Below, piece after piece: positions 28,762-39,572 of a stretch of DNA of 64,000 nucleotides. Position 1 is the stretch's first letter; every line of letters starts with the position of its first letter. Position numbers and translations under genes: made by a program. Below the pieces are notes generated by a model that worked only from the letters and a program-made list of their open reading frames with translations, did not search any database and was not told the DNA's origin. The stretch is from assembly GCA_963740315.1 (NCBI GenBank), contig CAVUDP010000004.1, positions 352,001-416,000 of the forward strand, given 5' to 3'. This DNA comes from an uncultured cyanobacterium (GTDB taxonomy: Bacteria; Cyanobacteriota; Cyanobacteriia; Cyanobacteriales; Nostocaceae).

Positions 28762-29979
28762 TTAATCCTTCAATAACAGATAGTAAAGCTCACCTTTATT
28801 GACAATAGCACCAGCGCGATCGCCTGCTTGTTTGCCGACACCGATATAGTAATCAACTCTACCGCTCGTTTTGATTGCACCTCCTGTATCTTGATCGAGT
28901 ACGTACCGACTTACAAGGCGCTGTTCGATTTTGCCTCGATCGATAAATGGAAAAGGAGCGCGAATTATGGCTAATGCACCAGGAGGCATCAAGGATTTAT
29001 CTGTAGCAATGGATCTTTCTGGTGTAACTGGAACATTAAGGCTGCCGATTGCAGGAGCATTTTTAGTATCTTTAAAAAAGATAAAACGCGGGTTTCTAGG
29101 TAAGTATTCATTTTGGCTTTGGGGATTTTGCTCTAAGTAATTAATAACTTTTTCTAAGGAAATTCCTTCTTGTTCCAATTTCCCATCTTTGATTAATTCT
29201 TTACCTAAACTGACATATTCGTAGTCGGTATTTCCTGCATAGTTAATTGAAGTAGTAGTTCCATCTGCAAATTCCAAGACGGCAGAACCTTGCACTTGAG
29301 CGATAAAAGCATCTATGCGGGATTTCAGCCAAAATAATTCTAAACCTTTAAGTTTGCCTTTTTCTGCTTGTAAACCGTCTGCACCTTCCAATTCTAAACG
29401 GGTGGGATGGGGTTTACTCCAACTTTTAAAATCGTCGGGTAAACGATAAACGGGATAGCGATAAACTGAAGTTTGTTTGCGACTTGCTTGGTAAATTGGT
29501 TTGTAATAACCAGTGAATAAAATAGTACCTTGATTGTCGGAACCGATAGATTTATAAAATACAAATTCTTTGTTAACAGCGTCTTGTAATTCTTGGGCGT
29601 TTTGAGAATTAACAACTAATTCACGAAATCTTTTCAGGCTTTTTTCAACTCTTTCTCGCGTGATATCCGCAACAATATATTTTTGATAAACTGCTTCTGC
29701 TTTTGGTGTTTGCAGATAGCTTAAACTATAGTCAATTGCTTTAAGTAAATTTTCTTTATCTCCACCTTCTCCCCAGATTTGATTGTCGATAAAATATGTA
29801 TCATCTTGTGGTAACGATGCTTGTAATAACGGAGGTGCCTTTTCACTTGTTTGAGGCTCTGCGGGTAGTGTTTGCTCTTGGCTAAGTTGCTGAGAATTAC
29901 AAGCAAATATTGGTAAGCAGCAAAGATAAGTTGTTAGGATTAATGCTAACTTATTAGAATGCTGATGTTTAGATTGCAT
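28762..29979 (-). CDS. mltA: Second MltA murein transglycosylase (possible lipoprotein)
   Basis: FTGYYKP, QVQGS, SIATD, DQDTGGAIK..RVDYY motifs; IFAC lipobox-like. Confidence 0.88.
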   Translation of the reverse strand: MQSKHQHSNKLALILTTYLCCLPIFACNSQQLSQEQTLPAEPQTSEKAPPLLQASLPQDDTYFIDNQIWGEGGDKENLLKAIDYSLSYLQTPKAEAVYQKYIVADITRERVEKSLKRFRELVVNSQNAQELQDAVNKEFVFYKSIGSDNQGTILFTGYYKPIYQASRKQTSVYRYPVYRLPDDFKSWSKPHPTRLELEGADGLQAEKGKLKGLELFWLKSRIDAFIAQVQGSAVLEFADGTTTSINYAGNTDYEYVSLGKELIKDGKLEQEGISLEKVINYLEQNPQSQNEYLPRNPRFIFFKDTKNAPAIGSLNVPVTPERSIATDKSLMPPGALAIIRAPFPFIDRGKIEQRLVSRYVLDQDTGGAIKTSGRVDYYIGVGKQAGDRAGAIVNKGELYYLLLKD

Positions 29980-30077
29980 TATTTTTTAATTAGAGAATAG
30001 GGTTGGGGGGAATTATAACTCAAAGTAACTTAGAATTAATTGTTAATTGTTCATTGTTCATTGTTAATTGTTCATTG

Positions 30078-30788
30078 TCACAATCCTGCAAACCATTCAT
30101 AACCTTGATCTTCCCAATACCCTTGACGAGGCAATAAATTACTAACCAAAGTAACTCTTGTTACCCATTTACTTTGCTTGTAACCAAGTTTAATTGGGGA
30201 AGCCAAACGTAGAGGGGCACCGTTATCAACTGGTAAAGATTCGCCGTTTTTCTCGTAGGCTAATAAAGTTTGAGGATGCAAGGTTGAAGCAATATCCCAA
30301 CTTGAATAATAACCATCGGCAGATAGGAAATAAGCATATTTAACCGTTGGTTTCGGTTGTGCGATCGCTACAAGTTCCCGCAAGCGAATACCTCCCCATT
30401 GGACAATTGCAGCCCAACCTTCTACACATACGTGACGAATTACCGTAGAAGTTAAAGGTAAATTTTTAATATCTTCCATGCTCAAGCTGAGGGGATTTTC
30501 TACCTCACCATCAATAATTAAACGAAATTTTTCTTGGTTAATAAGTGGGGTGGATCTATATGTATTTACTATCAAACCTTCCGGCTCGATTTCGTTAGGT
30601 GAAAATTCCGGTACCGGCGTTTGAGGTTTTAATAATAAAGATTGAAAATTCTCATTCAACGGTTCGGAAAGCGTACCAACTACATCTTCAAATAACGGAG
30701 TACCGCAGCCACCTAAAAGTAAGCTGATACTGGATAAACCAGATATTTGTAATAATTTACGGCGTGTTAAATGTAATTTTGGTTTCAT
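30078..30788 (-). CDS. Molybdopterin-dependent oxidoreductase (sulfite oxidase/MsrP-like), Tat-exported
   Basis: TRRKLL twin-Arg, HVCVEGW, NGAPLRL, LGYKQSKW, GYWEDQGY. Confidence 0.88.
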   Translation of the reverse strand: MKPKLHLTRRKLLQISGLSSISLLLGGCGTPLFEDVVGTLSEPLNENFQSLLLKPQTPVPEFSPNEIEPEGLIVNTYRSTPLINQEKFRLIIDGEVENPLSLSMEDIKNLPLTSTVIRHVCVEGWAAIVQWGGIRLRELVAIAQPKPTVKYAYFLSADGYYSSWDIASTLHPQTLLAYEKNGESLPVDNGAPLRLASPIKLGYKQSKWVTRVTLVSNLLPRQGYWEDQGYEWFAGL

Positions 30789-30994
30789 GGTGTTAATAGT
30801 TAGTATTTGTAGGGTGTGTGACGCTTAGATAAATGCTGCAAAGAACATTAAAGTATTCTAGCGTCACGCACCATCTTTTATTTATGATGATAATGTTTTT
30901 CGCGATAAATAAAAAACAATTAAAAATTTGAGAAGCTTCCACAAAAGTTTTATACCTTAAAATTGCACTCCATTTTTTTACAAATAACTGTAAT

Positions 30995-31507
30995 ATGAAT
31001 GTAAATCTAATTCCCATATCAACACTTTTTATCGGAATCAACGGTTTTATTGCCTTTGTACTTTCTTATATTGTGGCAATGGAACGCACAAAAACGAGGG
31101 TTTGGCATGGTGAATCAAATGTTGATGTAAAAGGGCAACCCGATTATTTAGAAAAGCCAAATGCATGGGCTGGTTTTTTAGAGAATCTGACTCAAAAGCT
31201 GGTTGAAACGAAAACGGAAGATGATGGTATTTTACAGCGTAAGGTTCGCGCTCATAGTAATTTTACAGAATACGTTCCCTTAGCATTACTGTTAATTATT
31301 GCTTTGGAATTCATGAATGCAGCTTCTGTTTTAATTTGGCTTTTAGGAAGCTGTTTAACAATAGCTCGAATTGCTCATGCATGGGGTTTAATTAAAACAT
31401 ATGGTCCTTCTCCTGGTAGGGCTTTTGGTTTTTTTCTGACTTGGTTTGTTTATTTATTAGGTGCTGGTGCTTGTGTTTTTTATGGGGTTAAAGCTTTGAT
31501 TTCATAA
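30995..31507 (+). CDS. MAPEG family membrane protein
   Basis: RAHSNFTEYVP and ARIAHAWG motifs. Confidence 0.85.
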   Translation: MNVNLIPISTLFIGINGFIAFVLSYIVAMERTKTRVWHGESNVDVKGQPDYLEKPNAWAGFLENLTQKLVETKTEDDGILQRKVRAHSNFTEYVPLALLLIIALEFMNAASVLIWLLGSCLTIARIAHAWGLIKTYGPSPGRAFGFFLTWFVYLLGAGACVFYGVKALIS

Positions 31508-31639
31508 ACACTTATAAATATAGAGAAAATAAAAAGAGAATTGCACTATCTGTAGCTGAATTTGAGTAAATTGCTGTAAAACCTAGCGATTATCGTTAAG
31601 ATAAAATTACAAGTTTTACAAATTTGATTAATAAATAAT

Positions 31640-33085
31640 ATGCAGATGGCAATATCGCAGCACAGCACTAATAATCAGACTGCTATAGTTATCGGCAGCA
31701 GCATAGCTGGGCTTTTGAATGCAAGAGTTTTGGCAGATTATTTTGCTGAAGTTATCATAGTTGAACGCGATAGTTTACCGCAACAACCAGAAGCTCGTAA
31801 AGGTGTTCCTCAAGGAATTCATGCTCATGTACTACTTACTCAAGGATACAAAATTTTAAACCAATTATTTCCTGGGATAGATGCGGAATTAAATGAAGCT
31901 GGAGCGCCTAAAATAGATTGGAGTAAAGAATATGCATTATTTGGTTATTGGGGTTGGCATCCGCCTATTGCGTCGGATTTGATTACTTATAGCACTAGTC
32001 GCGTGTTTTTAGAATGGTTGGTACGTCGTCGTCTTTCGGATTTTGAGAATGTTAAGTTTCAAGATAAAACTCAAGTGCGAGGATTATTAAGCGATAGCCA
32101 AAATAATATAGTTAAGGGTATCAAGCTTTTGAATCCTGACAACCATCAAGAAGAAGAATTAATGGCTGATTTGGTTGTTGATGCTTCTGGGCGTAATTCT
32201 CAAATGCCTAATTGGTTGGAGTCAATGGGTTATCAACCACCAGCAAAAACAGAGATTAATTCGTTTTTAGGATATAGTACTTGTTGGTATGAATGTCCTC
32301 AAGATTTAGAAGTAGATTGGAAGGGTACAGCGGTTTTGTACAAAGCTCCTCATCATAAGCATGGAGGATTAATACTTCCTACAGAAGGTAATAGATGGGT
32401 TGTAATTATAGCTGGTATTGCTAAGAATTATCCTCCTAACGATCGCGAAGGTTTTTTAGAATGTGCGCGTAATCTACGTAATCCGGTAATTTATAATGCG
32501 ATTAAAAACGCTAAACCTATTTCCAAGATTTACAGTTATCGTCGTACAGAAAACTGCTGGCATCATTATGAAAAATTAGCGCATTTACCAGAAGGTTTAG
32601 TAGCTGTTGGAGATGCTGTTTGTGCTTTTAATCCAATATATGGACAAGGAATGACAACTGCTGCTTTAGGAGCTTTAACTTTACAAACTTGTTTAGAAAA
32701 ACAGTTTAGTAATTCCCAATTTAAAGTTGAGGGATTAACTAAAAATTATCAAAAACAGTTAGCAAAGGTATTAAAAACTCCGTGGTTAATGGCAACAAGT
32801 GATGATTTCCGCTGGGAAACTACTGAGGGTGGAAAACCAGATAAAATAACTCGATTGATGCACAAATATATGGATGAAGTAATTTTATTATCGGTGCATC
32901 AACCCCAAGTTTATAAAGTTTTTGCGGAAGTAATACATATGATCAAAAAACCATTCGCTTTATTTGCACCCGGTATTGTTTTTGGTGTTTTAAAACAGAT
33001 GATTAAAGCGAAATTCAATATAAATTCCCCAGATATGGCTACTGATTCAATTAATCTAGTTTCTGTAGCTGAAAATAAACATTAG
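31640..33085 (+). CDS. FAD-dependent monooxygenase/oxidoreductase
   Basis: VIGSSIAGL, VERD, VVDASGR, GDAVCAFNPIYGQGMT. Confidence 0.88.
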   Translation: MQMAISQHSTNNQTAIVIGSSIAGLLNARVLADYFAEVIIVERDSLPQQPEARKGVPQGIHAHVLLTQGYKILNQLFPGIDAELNEAGAPKIDWSKEYALFGYWGWHPPIASDLITYSTSRVFLEWLVRRRLSDFENVKFQDKTQVRGLLSDSQNNIVKGIKLLNPDNHQEEELMADLVVDASGRNSQMPNWLESMGYQPPAKTEINSFLGYSTCWYECPQDLEVDWKGTAVLYKAPHHKHGGLILPTEGNRWVVIIAGIAKNYPPNDREGFLECARNLRNPVIYNAIKNAKPISKIYSYRRTENCWHHYEKLAHLPEGLVAVGDAVCAFNPIYGQGMTTAALGALTLQTCLEKQFSNSQFKVEGLTKNYQKQLAKVLKTPWLMATSDDFRWETTEGGKPDKITRLMHKYMDEVILLSVHQPQVYKVFAEVIHMIKKPFALFAPGIVFGVLKQMIKAKFNINSPDMATDSINLVSVAENKH

Positions 33086-33102
33086 TTGCATCTAATAATC
33101 TC

Positions 33103-33942
33103 CTAAACCGCACCATATTTTTTAAACCAATATTGCAACCACAACCAACCATTTTTCGCTGCTTCTTCGTTGTAGCTGGGGCGATAATCGGCATGGAATC
33201 CGTGGGGTGCGTTGGGATAAACTATTATCTTTGTTGCTGTTTTGTTTTGTTTCAAAGCTTCTCGCATTTTTTCCACATCGCTAATAGGAATACCCTTATC
33301 TTCACCACCGTAAAGCCCTAACACTGGTGCTTTAATTAACGGTGCGATATCAATGGGATACTGCGGCTGTAACGGATTATTATCCCCCGTCAATCTTCCA
33401 TACCAAGCCACACCTGCTTTAAGTTGCGGGCTGTGTGCTGCATATAGCCAAACGATTCTACCACCCCAACAAAAGCCTGTAATACCGAGTTTATCCACAT
33501 CAGCTTTACCGGAGTTTTTAGCCCAAACTACCGTCGCATCTAAATCCGAAAGTACTTGTGTATCGGGAACTTTGGAAACAACTTTGCTGATAATCTCTTG
33601 AATATTATTTAGTTTAGAAACATCACCATAACGCGCAAATAATTGTGGTGCTACAGCCATATATCCCAACTTTGCAAAACGGCGGCAAACGTCTTGAATA
33701 TACTCATGCACGCCGAATATTTCCTGCACTACCAGCACTACTGGAAAGTTACCACCTTTAGCTGGCATAGCTCGATAAGCAGGGATTACTCCATCAGCAA
33801 CGGGAATTTTCACCTCACCCGCAATTAATCCAGAAGTTTCCGTTTTGATAACTTGAGCATAAATCGGCTGTACTGCGATCGCAAATCCTGCACTCAAGCT
33901 AGCGATAAGTAATTCCCGTCTGCCAAAGTTGTTTTGGGTCAC
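33103..33942 (-). CDS. Dienelactone hydrolase family protein
   Basis: QEIFG, GFCWGG nucleophile motif, HGF; twin-Arg-like N-terminus. Confidence 0.92.
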   Translation of the reverse strand: MTQNNFGRRELLIASLSAGFAIAVQPIYAQVIKTETSGLIAGEVKIPVADGVIPAYRAMPAKGGNFPVVLVVQEIFGVHEYIQDVCRRFAKLGYMAVAPQLFARYGDVSKLNNIQEIISKVVSKVPDTQVLSDLDATVVWAKNSGKADVDKLGITGFCWGGRIVWLYAAHSPQLKAGVAWYGRLTGDNNPLQPQYPIDIAPLIKAPVLGLYGGEDKGIPISDVEKMREALKQNKTATKIIVYPNAPHGFHADYRPSYNEEAAKNGWLWLQYWFKKYGAV

Positions 33943-34079
33943 TTTATTAATTCAGTATATGGCTATAAAAAAATTGTCTCACATAAAGTATGAAAGCTAC
34001 TTGATTATTAACCCGCCTTACTGCGGGTTTTGCCTGTGTAGCAGCGGTAACAAAGCGCCAGGTAATATCATACATCTTC

Positions 34080-34583
34080 TCACTTATTCTGCGCTGCAAT
34101 AAAGAAAGGTAAATCAATCTCTGGTGCCGAATAACCAAACTGAGTTAATGCCGCAGAAACTTGCCCTCGATGATGAGTTCCGTGGTTAACTACGTGACTC
34201 AAGATATTAGCAAGTTGCAACGTTTTATTACTACCTTCTGTAGTTTGATATTCAATTAGATTTCCTAATTTATCTGCATCGATTTGCATCAAAAATTCAT
34301 TCCATTTTACCGATTGATTGTTAATTTCGGTTTCAAGTTGCTTTCGATCCGAACACAATTCCTCATCTAACCCAGAAACAGTAAATGGTTGACTTATACA
34401 GCGTCCATACCAAATTTTATCTGCTAACAAACTATGATTCAAAGTTCCGTGAATGCTTTTGAAAAACAAACTGCATTCACGACGATAATCAGCTTCAGAT
34501 ACAGATTCTAAATACTCGTAAAGGCGAGAAAAAGCCCAAAAATGATATTGCGTTAAAGTGGAAAAATGTTGTTTTATATTCAT
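34080..34583 (-). CDS. DinB family protein
   Basis: SIHGTLNH and HVVNHGTHHRGQ. Confidence 0.9.
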   Translation of the reverse strand: MNIKQHFSTLTQYHFWAFSRLYEYLESVSEADYRRECSLFFKSIHGTLNHSLLADKIWYGRCISQPFTVSGLDEELCSDRKQLETEINNQSVKWNEFLMQIDADKLGNLIEYQTTEGSNKTLQLANILSHVVNHGTHHRGQVSAALTQFGYSAPEIDLPFFIAAQNK

Positions 34584-34758
34584 GATTTAAACTAGTTTTT
34601 AGATTTCTTGACGTTTTAAATTTATTAAATATAAGTTTATCAAAATTTTACATAATACGCTCAATTATTAAGAGATTGTAAAGCTTGTTTAATTAGAATG
34701 AATGTGGTATCAGTAAAACTACTGCATTTATCGCATTTTTTTTTAAGAAAAGATTATT

Positions 34759-35484
34759 ATGAATATGAGTCGTAAATTAACATCTTTATTCGTTCTACCT
34801 TTTTTACTTTCTACAGCAATACCCGCGAAGGCTCAATCTCGGTTGCTGGATAAAAATACTGCTTTGCAAACTGTTGCAGCACGGATATTAAATGACAGTC
34901 AATATCGCAATGTGCGGATGAATTGTCTTTCTTTTGTAACGGTTGACTCTAACACATCGTTTTTCGATTTTATCGTTCATGAAAAACACGGTAATGGATG
35001 TTCTAACGTTTCCAATTCCAAACCGATATTCGAGCGTTTCCGAATTAATCGCGATACTTCCAGAGTTGAACAATTCGATAAAGTCGGTAATCGCTGGATA
35101 GCTGAAAATATAGTTCAACTGAAAAAAACAAGCGTTCCGATATTTATAGGAGATTTGCAGAAAAATCCCTCAGCATTCAATAGTTTTATGCAGGATAATA
35201 TCGGTAAAACAGTTTATTTAGAAATAGTTTTTGGTAAGACTATACCACAAGGTTATCGTTCCGCAGAAAGTGCGCCTTTCTTTGAAGTCAGCGAACAACC
35301 AAACAAGCGAAATTCAAAATTTAACACTTACTTCATGCAGCAAGCTGGAAACGGTTATAACTGGGGCAAGGTAACAAACTATGACGATAAAAATCGTAAG
35401 TTATCCGGCTTTTTTAAAGTTGGAACACCAAAGAAAATAAATGACAGATGGACTTCTTTTGATATAACGTTTATACCGCAGTAG
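34759..35484 (+). CDS. Secreted hypothetical protein
   Basis: Signal peptide ending AKA; 241-aa ORF. Confidence 0.7.
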   Translation: MNMSRKLTSLFVLPFLLSTAIPAKAQSRLLDKNTALQTVAARILNDSQYRNVRMNCLSFVTVDSNTSFFDFIVHEKHGNGCSNVSNSKPIFERFRINRDTSRVEQFDKVGNRWIAENIVQLKKTSVPIFIGDLQKNPSAFNSFMQDNIGKTVYLEIVFGKTIPQGYRSAESAPFFEVSEQPNKRNSKFNTYFMQQAGNGYNWGKVTNYDDKNRKLSGFFKVGTPKKINDRWTSFDITFIPQ

Positions 35485-35657
35485 GAGAGAGGGGGAAGAG
35501 GGGGAAGTTAGAAATATTTTTGTAGTGCGTTCGCGTAGCGTGTCCTCTTAGGACAGCATCTTGCTCGCGATCGTCATCTTGCCTGCTATCCTCATCTTGC
35601 TCGCGATGCTAGTAACACAACGAATAAGTCATGTTTTCATAAAAAGAAACCGGGTTT

Positions 35658-35784
35658 CTTGAGGCTTGGGTTGAGAAGTCGGGTTTTTAGAATATGTATC
35701 TGTAATACACTTACAAATTTTCTAAAAACCCGACTTCTGACTATTAAAATTAGAGGTGCGCTATTTAAGCCGTGTGGTACTAGG
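35658..35784. repeat. Dispersed palindromic repeat (copy 2)
   Basis: Reverse-oriented relative of 18978-19102. Confidence 0.75.
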
Positions 35785-35834
35785 TAGCGCTTGTAGTACG
35801 TTAAAACGTATTTGATAATTACATACCCGGCGGA

Positions 35835-37070
35835 TTATATACCGTTTAATAATAATAGACCTACTTGAAGTAAGCCTACCAAGAAACCTAAAATACCGCC
35901 CAAATTTACAATAGCCTGCAATTCGCTTCTCACTATTCCTTCGATCGCATTTTTTAAATCGGCGGGTGATGTTGATTTGATTCTATCGATAATTACTTGG
36001 TCAATTGATAAAATTGGAATTGTTTGAGCAACGATTTTTTCTAAATCTTTTTCTAAATAGCGCTCTAATAACAAAGCTAATTCTTTACTGACTACTTCTA
36101 AGGATGAATTCATTACTTTTGAGTTACTCAAACGGTTTAATAGTAAACTCGCTATTTTCTCCCAATCTAAGGAGTTACTGAAACCTTCTAGTAATTCTCC
36201 ACCACGAGTTTGTATGTAGTGACGAACGCTATCTCCCGTGGTTTTCCGCAATTGTCGTACCGTACCCATTGGTAAGTTTTGTAAGGAGACGTTTTGCAAA
36301 ATTTTGCGAATGCGATCGCGTACTTGTAAGTCTTGAGTTAATTCTGTGATGCGGGAGTTGGTTGCATCTTTTTCATCTAAGCAATAGGTACGCAAACGAG
36401 TTAAGCTATTGCGTAAACCGAAGAGATTGGCTACTACCCAGTATGTACCGCTGGTTCTTTCGCGGAAACTTTCGTCGATAGTTTGAATTGTGCGGTCTGT
36501 GAGAAAATCAATTATGGCTAAGCGAATGGTATCTGCTGGTAAAACAACTTGCAGCAACCAGTCAGCTAAACGGAAAGCTTGAACGTCAGTAAGTTGGAAT
36601 TCTAGTAATATTTGGTCAAATATTTGGTCTATTTGTACTTCTAAAAAATCGTCTTTTCGCGCTAAAACTTTTAATAAACGGGGTAATGATTCTCCAACCA
36701 AATCTTTGAGAATTCCTGCTAAGATTCGAGTAGTTTTTTGCTCTTTATCATCTTTAATTTGGTCGATCGCCATTTGCAGCAACCACAGAATTCCTGCTTC
36801 TACTCGTTCTCTTTCTAACAAGCGTCGCGCCAGATTCTGTAATTCTTCTGGTGTCAGCAGCGACTGCATTATAGTTTTAGAAACGTTTTTAGCTAAACGC
36901 TCCTGATTGCGGGGTATTAATCCGGGAGTGAATGGCAGCTTTTTTCCGCCGATATAAATGGCTTGGTAAGGTTGGAATAACATTTTGATGGCTAAATCAT
37001 TAGTGAAATAGCCGATAATTCCACCTGCTACGGGGGGAGTAATATATAACCAGAGATTAGACAAATCCAC
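35835..37070 (-). CDS. DUF445 family membrane protein
   Basis: [42 protein letters not shown]. Confidence 0.88.
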   Translation of the reverse strand: MDLSNLWLYITPPVAGGIIGYFTNDLAIKMLFQPYQAIYIGGKKLPFTPGLIPRNQERLAKNVSKTIMQSLLTPEELQNLARRLLERERVEAGILWLLQMAIDQIKDDKEQKTTRILAGILKDLVGESLPRLLKVLARKDDFLEVQIDQIFDQILLEFQLTDVQAFRLADWLLQVVLPADTIRLAIIDFLTDRTIQTIDESFRERTSGTYWVVANLFGLRNSLTRLRTYCLDEKDATNSRITELTQDLQVRDRIRKILQNVSLQNLPMGTVRQLRKTTGDSVRHYIQTRGGELLEGFSNSLDWEKIASLLLNRLSNSKVMNSSLEVVSKELALLLERYLEKDLEKIVAQTIPILSIDQVIIDRIKSTSPADLKNAIEGIVRSELQAIVNLGGILGFLVGLLQVGLLLLNGI

Positions 37071-37385
37071 GATAGGAGTTATGAGTTAAGAGTTAGGAGT
37101 TAAGAGTTAGGAGTTAGGAGTTAGGAGTTGAGAGTTATGAATAAATAAGCAGTTTTAGTAACTATGTAAACTATTAAGCATAAAAAATAGATTTACTTAA
37201 ATATAAGGGAAATTTACATCGTGTAATTATTAGATGGCGATTGAATTTTTAAGAATTCAGAGATTTCCGAAAAGAATTTATTAAAGAAAAACGAATTACA
37301 TATTCTAATTTGGAATTTCCAGTTATGCAGCACTGATAACTATTAACTGATAACTCTTAACTCCTCACTCCTAACTCCTCACTTT

Positions 37386-38087
37386 TCAGCTTTTGGTTAC
37401 TACCAGCACTCCCATCATACCGTTTGCGATGGGATAGTGTACGGTATTTGCAAAACCAACTGCGCGTGCTATGTCGATCTGCTCTCTACCGTTAGGGAAG
37501 CGTTCTAAACTGGGATTAATATAGGCGTATTCTTCTGTTAAACCCATTTGACTGGCTGCGGGAACCACCAGATTATCTAAATACCATTGCACAAAGGTAC
37601 GCATTACAGTATTTTCGGGACGATGAAAGTCCAAAATTGCACAGGTTGCTCCCGTCTTTAAAACTCGATGTAATTCCTGCAAACAGCGGGGAATATCTGT
37701 AACATTTCTTAATCCATAGCCCATTGTGGCGGCATCAAATAGATTATCGTCGAAAGGTAATTCTAGTACATCAGCTTCTACCCAAGTAATAGAGGGGGTA
37801 GGATAACAAGTTTGGCTGCGTAGATGGGCAACTTCAAGCAACTCCGAAGAAAAATCTACAGCTTGTACTTTCCCGCTTGCTCCGACTCTACGCGCCAAAC
37901 GAAAAGCCAAATCGCCACTACCGCAACATAAATCCAAGACTTTATCTCCCGTCTTGGCTGCGCTCCATTTTACCGTCATTTCCTTCCATATCCGGTGTTG
38001 TCCGAAACTCAAGCGATCGTTTAATTGGTCGTAAACAGGCGCAATGCGGTTAAAAATGGAGCGAATTTCAGACATATCAGTTAACAA
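37386..38087 (-). CDS. menG: Demethylphylloquinol/demethylmenaquinone methyltransferase (UbiE/MenG)
   Basis: FNRIAPVYDQLND, LDLCCGSGD, GYGLRNV. Confidence 0.9.
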   Translation of the reverse strand: MLTDMSEIRSIFNRIAPVYDQLNDRLSFGQHRIWKEMTVKWSAAKTGDKVLDLCCGSGDLAFRLARRVGASGKVQAVDFSSELLEVAHLRSQTCYPTPSITWVEADVLELPFDDNLFDAATMGYGLRNVTDIPRCLQELHRVLKTGATCAILDFHRPENTVMRTFVQWYLDNLVVPAASQMGLTEEYAYINPSLERFPNGREQIDIARAVGFANTVHYPIANGMMGVLVVTKS

Positions 38088-38262
38088 TTATCAATTATCA
38101 ATTATCAATTATCAGTTATTTAGAGGTCATTTATAAAGCGATCGCCAAGACTTAAAACCGGGAATAATCAATTGCTTGTCAAATATCCTCGTACTTAGTT
38201 GACAAGAAGCCCGGTTTGTCCAACTATAAAAGGCTCGCTGTTGATTGATAATTGTTAGTTGT

Positions 38263-39201
38263 TTATTGATAACTATTAAGTACAAGCGATAATAATTGTG
38301 CGCTCAGGTGAATCAGCTTGATTTCATCTTCCCGTAAAGAACAGGTTTTGTTCCACTGTAGCGATAGTACAGCGCTAACTCGATCGCCGCGAACAATAGG
38401 GACAACTAAATGCCCCACCGTATTTGTATCTGAATAATGAGCGACTTCTTTGAGTTGCTCGTCTTTAGCTACATTTACGCAAACTTTCATATTTTTGGTT
38501 GTAATAGCTTCTTTAATTAAAGGATCGCTATCTAACCAGTTTTTCAATATTCCGTCTTGACTGAAAGTACCGCAAGTAGAAGTTAAACTCTCGTTTTCTA
38601 CTAATTGCAGAATACAGCCATCAGCAGTAAAAGTTTCTCCATAGATTGCGGCAATTGGTGCCAAACTTTCTTCTTTACTAGAAACAGTTTGCGTCAGCTG
38701 TATCGATGAAATTAATAACCCCATTTGCGAATTTGCACGGCGTAATTCTTCGGTACGTTGCTTGAGCAAATCGTAAGTTTCAGCAGCGCGTTGGACGACT
38801 CCCTTAAGTTCTTCGGGGTCCCAAGGCTTGGTAATATATCTATAAACTTGTCCGGCATTAATAGCATCTACAAGGTCTTCGATATCGGTAAAACCAGTCA
38901 AAATGATTCTTACCGTATCGGGAAATTGAGGTAAAGTTTTGCTGAGAAATTCAGTTCCCTTCATCTCCGGCATTCTTTGATCCGAGATAATTACAGCAAC
39001 TTCTCCTTCTTCCGCCAAAACTTGTAAAGCACTACTTCCGCTATCTGCTTTTAAAACTTGAAAGTCACGGCGAAAAGTTCGATACAACAAATCCAGATTA
39101 TCCGGTTCGTCGTCTACTACTAAGATTTTTTGTTTTTTACGTTTTTCTGAAGTCATCAATTTACTAGGAATATTATTTAATTCGGCTGGGAGGTTATTCA
39201 T
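38263..39201 (-). CDS. Response regulator with C-terminal GAF-like domain
   Basis: LVVDDE, ISDQRMP, ILTG, KPW receiver motifs. Confidence 0.88.
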   Translation of the reverse strand: MNNLPAELNNIPSKLMTSEKRKKQKILVVDDEPDNLDLLYRTFRRDFQVLKADSGSSALQVLAEEGEVAVIISDQRMPEMKGTEFLSKTLPQFPDTVRIILTGFTDIEDLVDAINAGQVYRYITKPWDPEELKGVVQRAAETYDLLKQRTEELRRANSQMGLLISSIQLTQTVSSKEESLAPIAAIYGETFTADGCILQLVENESLTSTCGTFSQDGILKNWLDSDPLIKEAITTKNMKVCVNVAKDEQLKEVAHYSDTNTVGHLVVPIVRGDRVSAVLSLQWNKTCSLREDEIKLIHLSAQLLSLVLNSYQ

Positions 39202-39572
39202 TAAATTTATTCTTTTACATCATATGTGCTTTTTTATAGTAGATACAAAAATAAATCCTGAATTGTTGTTTTTCTAAAAATGCCTTTATGACTGACATCG
39301 AAGCAGTATTCTCCGATAAAAACTGGTTAATATTATCCGAGAAAATACGGTATTAAAATTAGCCTCGTATGCTGGATTATTCTTTGATAACTCATAATTT
39401 TAGCTAGCGGTTGAGTATTCACCTCAAGACTTGAGTTTATTTTTTTAACTTTGGGCAAAATATTCTTTAACAATTCTGTAACTATATATTTTGTCTGGGC
39501 ACATTTATTTACCGTTAGGGCATAAAATAATGTTTATTACTGCGCGTTTTCCTCAGTTGTCAGAGACTCCAA

